From Heterodontus francisci (taxonomy: Eukaryota): a stretch of DNA of 64,000 nucleotides. A program made the translations under genes and the position numbers. The stretch's first letter is position 1, and each line of letters starts with the position of its first letter. The stretch spans positions 61,591,726 through 61,655,725 of the forward strand of contig NC_090388.1 in NCBI RefSeq assembly GCF_036365525.1, read 5' to 3'. Shown here piece after piece: positions 1 to 11,979 of the stretch. The notes beneath the pieces were generated by a model. It saw nothing but the letters and a program-made list of their open reading frames with translations. It was not told the origin of the DNA and made no database searches.

Positions 1-57
1 TAGGCAGGCATCAAGATCGGCGCAGGCTTGGAGGGCCGAATGGCCTGTTCCTGTGCT
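1..57 (+). mobile_element. CR1 LINE 3' tail (element continues upstream of window)
   Basis: GCATCAAGATCGGCGCAGGCTTGGAGGGCCGAATGGCCTGTTCCTGTGCT is identical to the 3' end of the CR1 at 34960-35009. Confidence 0.9.
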
Positions 58-2339
58 TTGTAAAGTTAATTTAAACATATCACAGATGTTTCTCTGCCTG
101 CCCCGACACTATCTCCTCCTCCCACCCCCACCCCTTCCCCGACCCCAACTAACATCAGTGAGTAATCAATTTGTCCTATTCTGCATAAAACCCAAGATTT
201 GGTCTTGGTCTTGTACTTTGTTTTGTCATTGTTCCAGCTACTTCGTGAGGGCCACATGAAGCACTTGGTCCAAAGCATTATGTAAATCAATGAAGGCACT
301 TACTTCTTAAGGCACTTAACAGGCTTCTTTGATGGTGAAAAAAGTAGTTGTTTTGAATCACTAATACTCTGGGAATAAGTGCTCTATATTGAATCTTTAA
401 GCTTTTAGACTAAAGAAAAGTGACTGGAAGACTGAAGTTTGATTCTCCTGATATTTTAACCTCAGAGAATATCGAATGCAGTCACTAAGTGACAGTTTCT
501 TCTAGCCTTGACCTATATAGCCAGTGATAATTAACTCAGCCTCTCTCATTGATCTAGACATAAGGGTTGCTGTTTATAATTAGAATAAAAGTCGTTGGGG
601 GTGAACGCAGGGCTGAATCTTAAAACTGGAACTACTTGATCTCAGGTGGTTTGATTTAGTTGATCAGGCATCAACTAAACTTTGCATCTTTTAATTGTGG
701 TTACTTTATTAAAATTATGCAAGATTTTGGTATTTTTAATGAAAATGAGGTCTTGCATGATTTTAATTATCTGACGAGATGCATCAGTGTCATAACAAGG
801 TCACTACAGTAGTGTCACTAGAAATTAAATAACATTGAATGTGTGAAAAGCTTTTTTTGAGGATAGAATCTTTGGAGGTGAATAGGAGCTTTGAAGAAGC
901 CTGGAATATCAGTGGGGAAGTTCTTTATTATAATACACTGCAAGTTATCAAAATAGTTTTACATTAACAGAATTTTGTACTATGTTACAAATGGTATGAA
1001 CTTCTGTATTTCTTCCCCATTTCCTCTAGCCTTTTTGGGCCAAACATTATTTACAGCCAATAAGGTAACCGAACACCATATCCTGACACTCAATGATGCT
1101 AGACTCAGCCAAGCTGATAAAGTGGCCCAGGAACAATCCTGTCATCCATGTTTGCTTTGTAAATATTTGTCAAATACTGGATGTTGGATGGCTTCCTTGT
1201 TCTAATTCATCTCATTACTTTAGACATCAGAGTACGCACGTATGCATTTGTAACAAATGCAGGGTCAGGTGTTTAGTGAGATATCATACTTCACAATTTT
1301 AGTATGGGTGCAGCATACAGAGTTTCACTCACTTCTCGTGCTAATTCTACTTTTGGTTTCTACATTGCATGCATTTCACCAATAAATCATAGTACATCAA
1401 AGATACATACAAATGATATAAGAATAACAACATGAACCCAATTCAGTTGCTTCATTTGTTTTTCAGGTATCAGTTGTTAATGTATAAATAATAATTGTTG
1501 CTTTTTTTGCTATGATTAGGTGATGGATTCATGCCTCAGGCTTTCATGTGAAATGCTCTAACAGTTGACTTCTTAATTCAAAAGTACCTCATTCAGTTAT
1601 CTCACGGTTTAAAACCTTTTTTTTTGCTGTTTCATTTATATTACTTAAAACAAATTATTGGATAATTCAAATTCTATAGCAACTTCAATTAATCAGTAGT
1701 GGACTATAATACGGAACTTACTTACAATTCGTCATGCATGGAGCTTCCACTCTCACTGATTATATGAACATTTGATCAGTTGAGATTAGCTGCTTCTCCA
1801 TAGGGACAAGGGGGAAATCCTCACCTCAACTCATCAGTTGGTTTGAGTTTGAACATATTCATCACACATTTTGTTCCTGACTATGAAGGAGGAGATATTT
1901 CCGTCCCCGAGGTTGTAGAGGTTGAGCACAATGCGCTAAAGGAAATTAATTTTTGCCAGCATAATATTTCATCTTGGATGTGAGTCTCAGAACACTGGGT
2001 TATAATTAAATAGTACATTGTGTAAACTGAAGGAGATAATTAGGTTTTATTTTAACTATAACATGCTCTAATATTCCGCCAATGAAGTCAATACCCAATA
2101 ACAGTCTCATATATCATTTAATACAACTTTAGATTTTCTATACAAATTGTTTAATGGTCAAATTTCAAGAAATGTCTCAGAGAAAAACAATCTTAATGCT
2201 ACCAATGTCTGCTTTCCTACTAAATTATACTGTAATCACATTCCATTTCTGCTGCATCCATTTCAAGTGAATGTTACATGGTGATGTATCGGTAAGCATC
2301 TTTGTAATCAGCAAGGTCCTTAAAGGCTAGACAGCGCTG

Positions 2340-2454
2340 TACTACATTACAACAGTGAAAGCATTTCAAAAAAGTACTTCATTGGCTGTCAAGCACTTTG
2401 GCACATCCTGAAGTCATGAAAGGCACTATCTAAATGCAAGTCTTTCTTTCTTTT
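2340..2454 (+). mobile_element. Deu-domain SINE (SacSINE1/AmnSINE-like) 3' tail fragment
   Basis: TACATTACAACAGTG...TTCATTGGCTGT...TGAAAGGCACTATCTAAATGCAAGTCTTTCTTT aligns by eye with the tails at 32230-32310 and 50135-50235. Confidence 0.75.
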
Positions 2455-2729
2455 ACTATATCAAGCAGAAGGATAAAGAATCCAGTCCTTCTCAGTTTCC
2501 CTGCCCTAATACACACTGACTGAGGCTATATGCTGAACCCACAGTGACTAGCTGTTTCAAAGCTTCACATGCACACTCAAACCACTGCAAGGCATGCTTT
2601 ATTATTGTCACTCAGACACAGCTACTGTTGCCACTTGATCTTTTGGAAAGGTAACCCCACATAGTACGTTCACCACACAACTAACTTGCATGATGCAGGC
2701 TGACCTTTGCAACACTTCAACATGACTTC

Positions 2730-2942
2730 TTTGTATGCAGCAGAAAGTTTCTCAGAACTGGGTAATTGTATTCAGTTGGTGGGTATTAATTGGGGACTTA
2801 CCTGTGCTCATTTATATAGGAATAGGTTGAAAGAGACTTTTTTGTTTGGAGCTGTATGGTAAGCAATGTGTGTCTCTGTAAATAAAAGTTAATAACTGAC
2901 TAAAGACAGGCTATCCATCACCAGCCTATCCAAGTTTTGACA
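2730..2942 (+). mobile_element. Possible degenerate short solo LTR
   Basis: TATATA, then AATAAA (2881), then a ...TTGACA end in LTR-like order; no TSD found. Confidence 0.3.
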
Positions 2943-3867
2943 AAGTCCATTGTCTTACCACAGAGAAAATGCAGTGAGACTTGATCATTTCTTCCTCTTC
3001 TAACTCCTTGCCACCTGAATTATGATTTCCAGGAATTGGGGAATAAAATGTCCAACATGTCATAAAAATACATTTATGATACGAAGTGGCATAATTGTGT
3101 TCACAGCAGGATCCACAAACCTAAGATGTATCACCGTACAAATTAGAGCAGTATCACACCATCATCTGTTGACATGCCCTTAAACACAATGCAATGCTTA
3201 GTGTCGTATTTGACAGACATTGTAAAAAACGATTTGGGACATAACCATATCCTTGGGCTGCATAAAGTAAATGGAATTTACAAGTAAAAGCAAATGTGCT
3301 ATTCTATCACACTGAAATGCCTAAAGCTCCAAAAGAAAAAAAATCCTGCCTTGGTTTGGATGCAAGACTGCCATTTATATTGCCCTTGCAGGTGTACACA
3401 ACATTACCAGAAAAACAGCAAATAAAAGCAGCACCTTGGTTTTCTCCCTGATCCATGTTACTGGCTTCCCTCTGTATCTAAGGCTGTAGTTATACTGCAA
3501 CTACCAGTTCAAGAGGCCTGTTCAGCAGACTGGCCTTAGTATGACTGTTGCTGAAGTGGAGCAAGAGTACAGCTCTGCACATGTTTGCTTCCACACATGT
3601 GCAGAGTTCCATTCCCAGTAACTAATAGTTAATGTTATTGAGCATGTAACATTTTTTTTTAAATCCATTCGATGTTTTAAAAGTTTCATTGGTCCAGCTG
3701 GGCAACCTTAAAATGGGCCTTTGCACAGAGCTGAAGGTACACCAATGTCAGTGTGAACTTGAAGCAATGTGAGATGGCCTATTTGATGGGGAGCCATACC
3801 AATTGGCTTCATCTGTGTCAAGTAAATCAAGGTTCATAAGCTTGGACAACCATTACCTCCCTCAAAC

Positions 3868-3950
3868 AAAAGGTAAATACTGCAGATGCTGGAAATCTGA
3901 AACAGAAAATGCTGGAAATATTCAGGTCAGGTAGCATCGGTCATCAGAAC
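3868..3950 (-). mobile_element. Penelope-derived terminal fragment (hammerhead motif largely deleted)
   Basis: Reverse complement reads GTTCTGATGA...GATGCTACCTGACCTG...TTTCCAGCATCTGCAGTATTT, matching 18418-18551 and 32017-32152. Confidence 0.75.
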
Positions 3951-4029
3951 CGCCCTCTCCTCTGCCATGGTGGTAAAACAAGCACAAAAATGGCACAAGT
4001 AGAGGTTATTGTTGTCTTTCCCTTTCTAT

Positions 4030-5687
4030 GAATCACAGAATTACAAAATTGTTACAGTGCAGAAGGAGGCCATTTGGCCCATCGTGTCCGCACTGGCTCT
4101 CTGAGGAGCAATTCCCTCAGTTCCATTCCGCCACCTTCTCCCCGAAACCCTGCACATTCTTTCTTTCTTTTCATATAACTCTCTAATTCCCATTTGAATG
4201 CATCAATTGAACCTGCCTCCACCACTTTCTCAGCAAGCACATTCCAGACCTTAACCACTCGCTTCGTGAAAAAGCTTTTCCTCATGTCACTTTTACTTCT
4301 CTTACCAAATACTTTAAATCTGTGGCCTCCTTGTTCTCGATCCTTTCACGAGTGGGAACAGTTTCTCTCTATCTACTCTGTCCAGACAGCTCATGATTTT
4401 GAATACTTCTATCAAATCACCTCTCAGCCTTCTGTTCTCCAATGAAAACAGCCCTAACTTCTCCAATCTATCTTCATAACTGAAATTTCTCGTCCCTGGA
4501 ACCATTCTCTTGAATCTTTTCTGTACCCTCTCCAATGCCCTCACGTCTTTCCTCGAGTGCGGCACCCAGATCAGGACTCAATATTACAGCTGAGGCTGAA
4601 CTAGTGTCTTATACAAGTTCAACATAGCTTCCTTGCTTTTGTACTCTATGCCCCTATTAATAAAGCCCAGGATACTGTATGCTTTATTAACCACTTTCTC
4701 AACCTGTCCTGCCACCTTCAATGACTTATGCTCATGTACATCTAGGTCCCACTGCTCCTGCACCCCCTTTAGAATTGTACCCTTTATTCTATATTGTCAC
4801 TCCATGTTCTTCCTACCAAAATGAATCACTTCACATTTCTCTGCATTGAACTGCATCTGCCACCTGTCCGCCCATTCCACCAACTTGTCTATGTCCTTTT
4901 GAGGCTCAACACTATCCTCCTCACAGTTCACAATGCTTCCAAGTTTCGTATCATCTGCAAACTTTGAAATTGTGCCCTGTACACCAAGGTGTAGGTCACT
5001 AATATATATCAGGAAGAGCAACGGTCCCAACACTGATCCCTGGGGAACTCCATTACAAACTTTCCTCCAGCTCAAAAAAATCCATTAACCACCACTCCTT
5101 GTTTCCTGTCAATTCCGTATCCACGTTGCTACCATGCCTTTTATTCCATGAGCTACAAGTTTGCTCACAAGTGGCACTGTATCAAATGCCTTTTGACAGT
5201 CCATTTGTTACCTCCTCAAAAAAACTCCAGCAAGTTAGTTAAACATGATTTTCCATTAAGAAATCCATGCTGGCTTTCCTTACGTAACTGGCATTTGTCC
5301 ATGTGACTATAAATTTCGTCCCGAAATAATTTTTCTAGAAGTTTCCCCACCACTGAAGTTAAACTGACTGGCCTGAAGTTGCTGGGCTTATCTTTACACT
5401 CTTTTTTTGAACAAGGGTGTAATGTTTGCAATTTTCCAGTCCTCTGGCACCACCCCTGAGTCTAAGGAAGACTGAAAAATTATGGCCAGTGCCTCTGCGA
5501 TTTCCACCCTCACTCTCCTCAGTATCCTTGGATGCAGCTCATCTAGTCCTAGTGTGTTATCCACTTTAAGTACAGACAGCCTATCTAATACTTCCACTTT
5601 ATTAATTTTAAACCCGTCTAGTGTCTGACGTACCTCCTCTTTCAACATTGCCTGGGTTGCATCTTCTTCCTTGGTAACACAAATGCA
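4030..5687 (-). mobile_element. CR1 LINE, 5'-truncated, frameshifted ORF2 (RT)
   Basis: ORF pieces NFRPVSLTSVVGK, QHGFLNGKSCLTNLLEFF, GVPQGSVLGPLLF, KFADDTK, LERVQKRF..LEKLGLFSLE; CR1 3' stem-loop tail at 4055-4100. Confidence 0.95.
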
Positions 5688-5837
5688 CCAACCATACAAA
5701 TGGGATTGGTAAACTCAAAAGTTGGTTCTTTTTGGTGAAGATTAAGTAGCACATGTACAATCTTGGAGAACTTTTAATAACACGTCTTACTTGGATGATT
5801 ACACACTGCAGACTACCTATCATGTGGTACCTTACAT

Positions 5838-6173
5838 AGAGTCATAGAGAGATACAGCACTGAAACAGGCCCTTCACCCCACCGAGTCTGTGCTGAGCAT
5901 CAACCACCCATGTATACTAATCCTACATTAATCCCATGTCCCCTACCACTTCCCCACCTTCCCTCAATTCTCCTACCACCTACCTACATTAGGGGCAATT
6001 TACAATGGTCAACTTACCTATCAACCTGCAAGTCTTTGGCTGTGGGAGGAAACCGGAGCACCCGGCAGAAACCCACGCGGTCACAGGGAGAACTTGCAAA
6101 CTCCGCACAGGCAGTACCCAGAACCGAACCCAGGTTGCTGGAGCTGTGAGGCTACGGTGCTAACCATTGCGCC
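5838..6173 (-). mobile_element. HE1-like V-SINE (tRNA head, V-domain, CR1-derived tail)
   Basis: Head GGCGCAATGGTTAGC...GGGTTCGGTTCT; V core GGAGTTTGCAAGTTCTCCCTGTGACCGCGTGGGTTTCTGCCGGGTGCTCCGGTTTCCTCCCAC; possible TSD TACAT at 5833-5837 and 6174-6178. Confidence 0.9.
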
Positions 6174-7374
6174 TACATCATTTCTTATCTGGTAATGTAC
6201 ATAGATCATAGCCACTCCTACTTAAAGGTGTACCACAACAGTTATCTCCTATTTATCACATGCTCTTATTGGCTACAATATTGTATAAACGTAATTTTCA
6301 TTTTTTTTCTAGTAATATCAGATTGCTGTAATGTTGTCAGTTTCCCTAATTTTTGCTCACCAATTGCAAATCTATCCTACCAGTGGCAGTAGGAAATAAA
6401 TTGAGTGTTGATGTGAGATGAAGATTTCAGTTTCATGTTGCTTGCTCCAATGGATTCATGAATGACAACTATTTATCCATAATTTTCAATTCTATTAATT
6501 AATTTTTGAAAACACTAAAAACTCTGTGATGCTCAGTATCTAGACCATATAACTGTTCAGAGTTTCATCTCATTGGCAAAACTATTGATTTTTATCTGTA
6601 TTTGTTGTTCCCTACAGGTGTAACCATATTTAAAAGCAGAGGATACTTTTTTAAAAAGGAGGATATCAATGTGTTTTGGCACAACATTGCTAATCTGCTT
6701 AAATGAGGCAGTGTTTGCCAGATGTAGAGGCGAGGCCCTTTAAATCCAGTTTTACCTGGTTGCAGATTTTGTATGAGGTCTACTCGATTCACATTTCCAG
6801 TATTATAAAACCTTTCAATTTAATTAAACAATTATTGACTTTACTTTATACTGCAATGCATGTTATTCATGGAGATAAAAAGGGAGATACAATTTACTTC
6901 TCTCTATCCATTCAACCTTTGTGAAGTGCAAGCATTAATGTAAAATAGTTTATCATTGCTGCTCTTTCAGTTATTTGGTGAAACACTCTTAACCTTTTGT
7001 AGAAGTATTGGTTTCTGAGATCTGCAGATGTGTAGCTATCTAACCATTATTAATGAGCAATGGAATACAATTTTGTATTTGCCCCTGTGATCAGTCTTGT
7101 GACTCACTAGCACCCCTATGTCATTTAACCACACACTGCAACCATGAGACAACATAATAGTTTAAAGGGAGCAAGAAAGGTTGATCATTAAAATTCACCA
7201 TATTTTTTCTGGTCAATGCTGAGTTAACTGTAACAGCCGGGAAGCATAAGTGATGGCACTACAGTTGTCTCAGCAGCCCCACGATACAGAGGGTTAAAAA
7301 CAACTCAGCCTGGGTCCCTGTTTCCCAATTGATATCCAAAGGTTTTTTTAATTGGAATTATGGAGACATACAAA

Positions 7375-7600
7375 GTAATCCCTTTTGTCATTTAATTAGT
7401 CCTGCCCTCTACCCTATCACAAACCTTCCCTATAGTTATCCCCACCTCCTTTTCCTTGATTCTGTACTTGCTTAAAAAATATTATTCTCTAAAACCTTAC
7501 AGTTCTGATGAAAGGTCATTGACTTGAAATGTTAACTGTTTCTTTCTCCACAGATGCTGTCTGACCTGTTGAGTTCCTACACCAATTTCTGTTTTGATTC
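7375..7600 (+). mobile_element. Penelope-like element 3' UTR/terminal fragment
   Basis: Pyrimidine-rich 3' UTR followed by the CTGATGA...GAAA motif and the CACAGATGCTG...CTGACCTG tail shared with 18300-18551. Confidence 0.75.
7499..7539 (+). ncRNA. Minimal hammerhead ribozyme motif (Penelope-associated)
   Basis: ACAGTT-CTGATGA-A-AGGTC(ATT)GACTT-GAAAT-GTT-AACTGT: 6-bp stem I, canonical core, stem II. Confidence 0.65.
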
Positions 7601-8774
7601 AAGGGCAGCTTGTGTGTGATGCCCATATGGATGAACAGAACTGAAGATTGTAATTTCACATATGAGGAATGGCCTTTTAGCTAAGGTACCAGAGAGCTAG
7701 GACCTGTGGAAATATACCGCAGCAAAGAGTCACCACCCTCATCCTTCCTCTGTATAAAATCAGAATCCTTAATAAGATCGAGTTAAATATCATTACAAAT
7801 GACAATTAGATCCCTTTACTTCTCTCAAGCTAAATTTATTTTCCACTGAACATTCAGTAAAAGTGATGTCTTCAGGCAAACAGTACAAAGGAATGAATAC
7901 ATATCAGCAATGGCACAGTCAGTAACCCAGGATGCCTCAGGAATCTTGTTAATTCACTTGATTTGTGTTAATTTAGAACCTCACATCATCAGATCAGCTG
8001 CTCCCCAGGCCGGTGCGTCTGGTGCGACCATCAGTCATGACTGCTTTTAATTGAAACTATTTTAAAGAGTAACAGAAATAGAGTTTTAGAAATGGCTATT
8101 AAAGTTGATTTTGCAGCTGGTTTTTGAAAAGGTTCATTAACTGATAATATTGAATCTCCCTTAAACTTGAAAAATTTGAATTTGAAAAATTCAATATGAA
8201 TATTGCCTTTTTGATAGTCTATTTGATCTAAACCGGACGTTAGATGGCTAAATTCCCATGGTTCTTCTGCCAGAATGGGTTGTTGCAGGATGTAGTGCAT
8301 CCCCAGGATTGTCAAGGTCAATCCACTGGAAATAAGGCTATAAAGCGACTGTTAATAATAGAAACTAAAGTTTCCTTTTACAGTTAGACACACGACATCT
8401 CTTCTCACCAAAAAAACAATTAATGAGAACTTGACAGATGTGTTACCTGGGAGGAAGGTGAACAATACACAAGACACACACAATAACAATCACAATACTT
8501 TCATGTGCCAAGTGCAGTTAATGAAAACAGACTGCATCCACTCAAGTTCTCAACAACAAGTTTCTCACCTTCTGCGAATTAGGTCAGCTGTGAAATAAAA
8601 TCTTTATTAATAGTCTGGTTGGTTTTCAATATAAAACCATCAATCTTTTTGTATAAAAAAGGATAACTCAACATAGATCTCTCACACCAACCGGTCAGGA
8701 ATTTAATGCACAGCGTGTGGCATGCTGCAGATCTATGAAAAGTTTTTATCCTGCAAGATAGAGACTGGTCTCTT

Positions 8775-10048
8775 CTGGAACACCTACTCCCCTTGTCCCA
8801 CCATTGGTGGCTGCGCCTTCAGCTGTCCAGGCCCTAATCTCTGGAATTGCCTCGTTAAACCTCTCTGCCTCTCCATCTGTATCTCTGCCTTTGAGACACA
8901 CCAGGACATCGCTGCAGGAGTTCCTCAGGGTAGTGACCTAGGCCCAACCATCTGCTCCATCAATGACCATCCCTCCAACATAAGGTCAGAAGTGGGAATG
9001 TTCAGTGATGTTTGCAGTGTTCAATACCATTTGAGACTCCTCAGATACAGAAACAGTTTGTGCCAGCATGCAGCAAGATCTGGATAATAGTTAGGCTTGG
9101 GCTGATAAGTGGCAAATAACATTCACACTTCCCAAGTGCCAGGCAATGACAATCTCCAAAGAGAATCTAACCATCTCTCCTTGATGTTCAACAACATTGC
9201 CATTGCTAAATCCCTCACCATCAACATCCTGAGGGTCACCATTGATCAGAAACTTCACTAGACCAGCCACATTAATACTGTGGCTTCATGAGCACGTTCA
9301 GAGGCTGGAAATTCTGCAGTGAGTAACTCATCTCCTGATTACCCAAAGCCTGTCCACCACGCACAAGGCACAAGTCAGGAGTATGATGGCATAATCTCCA
9401 CTTGCCTGGATAAGTGCAAATTCAACAACACTCAAGAAGCTTGACACTATTCAGGACAAAGCAGCCCGCTTGATTGGCACCCCATTCACAACTTTGAACA
9501 CTCACTCAGTCCACCACGAACGCACAGTGGGAGCAGAATGTACCATCTACAAGATGCATTGCAGCAACACACCAAAGCTTCTTCAACAGCACCTTCCAAA
9601 CCCGTGAACTCTACCACCTAGAAGAACAAGGGCAGCAGATGCATGGAAACACCACCACCTGCAAGTACCCCTCCAAGCCACACATCATCCTGACTTGGAA
9701 CTATATCGCCGTTCCTTCACTGTCACTGGGTCAAAAACCTGGAATTCCCTTCTGAATAGCACTGTGGGTGTACTAAACCACATAGACTGCAGCAGTTCAA
9801 GGCAGTGGCTCACCACAACCTTCTCAAGGGCAATTAGTGATGGGCAACAAGTGCTGGCCATGTCAGAGACACTCCATCCATGAAAGAATATTTTTAAAAA
9901 CTACTACTTTGCCCAAGCATTTAATCACCCCTCCCAATATCTGCTTCTTTGGCTTGGTGTCAATTTTAGTCTGATTATGCTCCTGTGAAGTGTCTTGGGA
10001 TGTTTTCCTACATTAAAAGTGATGTTTAAATGCAAGTTGTTGTTGTTG
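8775..10048 (+). mobile_element. L2 LINE 3' end, split by a LINE-B insertion (8899-9893)
   Basis: IGGCAFSCPGPNLWN motif before the insertion; after it the tail GTGAAGTGTCTTGGGATG...TAAATGCAAG(TTG)n. Confidence 0.75.
8899..9893 (+). mobile_element. LINE-B (CR1/Jockey-group) 3' fragment, decayed
   Basis: DIAAGVPQGSDLGP..RSEVGMFSD; tail GGGCAATTAG...CATCCATGAA collinear with 20410-21412. Confidence 0.9.
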
Positions 10049-10074
10049 GAGTCTGTGCCTGACAGTAGAAATTG

Positions 10075-10266
10075 GGGGTTGGGTGGTGGTGGGGGGGAGG
10101 GGGGTGATTGGTGGACAGTGGGTTAGTGGGTGATGGGGGGATGAATATTATATGTGGAGTGGTGGGGGTGGGGGCGAGGGGGGTGGATTATGGACAGTGG
10201 GTTAGTGGGTGATGGGGAATGAATATTATATGTGGGGGGGGGGGGGGGGGGTTGTTGGTGGTGGGG
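10075..10266 (+). repeat. G-rich low-complexity tract with a ~79-bp tandem duplication
   Basis: TGGACAGTGGGTTAGTGGGTGATGGGG..ATGAATATTATATGTGG occurs at 10112 and 10191, flanked by G-runs. Confidence 0.85.
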
Positions 10267-10821
10267 CTGTTTTCCTAAATTTTCTCTGAGGACATTCTCT
10301 GATTAAGAAATTTTGCACATCAGCCTTTCTCTGAAGAAGGGTGGAATTTTTTATTGTCTGCTTTCATATATTACTTTGATTAGATGTTAATGGCATAACA
10401 TTTTGCATACTATTAATACATTTGAAACCCGAGGTTAAAAAATTACACCATTCAACTTATCCTTTTGAATGTAGCTTCATTCTTTAAAACCTTAAATAAT
10501 TTGGTTTCAAAATTTTTGCTCTCAGTCTGAAATATCTTAATGATGTGTGTGTTTGAATCCAGGACCATGGAGAGTTCAGAGGGAGGCGTTCTGGAAGATT
10601 TATTTCTTGATCCTTTCTCTTAAAGCTTCTGAGTACATACTGAGTTATCAAACACTAAAACCATTTGCACACACTCATACAATACATATACAAGTAAGCC
10701 TGGATTTTCTCATTGGCATTATTTTAAATGTCTTACTAGCAGCGTTAAAAGCAATTGGAAAATCTAGGCTGAAGCAAATGTTACAATTTAGCAATGCCCA
10801 CCTTGAAGTTCCACTCTTCTC

Positions 10822-10957
10822 CAGTTCTGATGAAAGGTCAAGGTCCTGAAACATTAACTCTGTTTCTTTCTTCACATATACTGCCTGACCTACTAGTGTT
10901 TCCAGCATTTTCTGTTTTCAAATTTCCAGCATCTGCAGTATTTTGTTTTTGTTTTAT
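10822..10957 (+). mobile_element. Short Penelope-derived terminal unit with degenerate hammerhead motif
   Basis: CAGTT-CTGATGA-AAGGTCAAGGTCCT-GAAAC-ATT-AACTC followed by the CCAGCATCTGCAGTATTTTG tail. Confidence 0.8.
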
Positions 10958-11979
10958 AATTTTGTCCTTATCCTGAAAATGTTTTGCAGGTTCAGCATCT
11001 CAGGCTTCTCCTGTAAGTTAGCTCTCAGTTCATATGATCGGTAAATCTTTTTTTGCCGATATTTAGTTCATTTGTAATGAGCCTGGGGAGTAGACAGAGA
11101 ACTCACTCCACTATATTTTGGGCTTACTGATTATATCATGTGCTTTAAAGTGATACTCCTCAAATTTGGAAGGCAGTAGAATAAATATTTAATTAAAATC
11201 CAGGATCTTCCATTCCCTCCTCTCTGAAAAGTTGCAATGTGTGATGATAAAATTGCTGTTATTTGCTTTATTAGTTCAAATTCTCAGTAAATTTACTGAC
11301 TTTTACCCCCACATTTTTAAAGTAAGTGGTATAAGAATAGTCACATCAAAGCTCCATGTTCAAGAATAAAACTATGCACAATTTCAGGATTTTAAATGAT
11401 AGATATTAGAGGGTTTATTTAAAGAGACTGTAGGAACAGCCAAACTCAATCAATGAAACTTTCCATGATCACTGTACCATACCTAGAGTTCTCCCCTTCA
11501 TACTATTACTGTGGATGGAAAACATTGACTAAATTAAGCCTTCACATTTGGCTTGTGGATGGGGGAGCCTCCAACTACTGTGAATCACACCATGAAATCA
11601 GGGGGTTCTGTTGATGGGCCCTCTACTATACTTGACCATCTATATCAGTGATATGTAAGCAGTTTAAAAAGACTTTGAAAGTTTGTCAAAAGCAGGTAAT
11701 TTACATTCTGGAGGAGATAGTATCTGAAGGCCAACATGGAAAGTCTTTTGAGGTATGAAATTTAACTCCGCTCTAATGTTTAAAGTTAAGGTCAGTGCAC
11801 TAAGCATAAAGAGTGGCTTCAGTCTCCTTTCTATAGTATGTCTCCCCCAATCCGTATTTCTCCAGTCTCAGTATTTTCCAAAGTTTGGAGTTGCAGTGGA
11901 ATTGCTAATAGCACACAGAATGCAAAGCAACCACAATAATGTACCCAGAGATTTTCATGTTTTTCTATAGACAAATTTT

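Larger units (their letters stand above)
7208..7745 (+). mobile_element. Old SINE-like repeat (family X), interrupted by a Penelope end
   Basis: GGTCAATGCTGAGTTAACTG...CAGCCTGGGTCCCTG and ...CCTGTGGAA...CAGCAAAGAGTCA resemble 48375-48655, 14035-14290(-) and 55530-55665(-). Confidence 0.5.

Noticed and set aside
3573-3606. 12-bp perfect hairpin CTCTGCACATGT/ACATGTGCAGAG
   Set aside because: Too short for a pre-miRNA; resembles a CpG-decayed TGCGCATG palindrome typical of old DNA-transposon interiors
8031-8321. 96-aa minus-strand ORF with an upstream acceptor
   Set aside because: No recognisable domain, runs into AT-rich low-complexity sequence, and has no convincing donor
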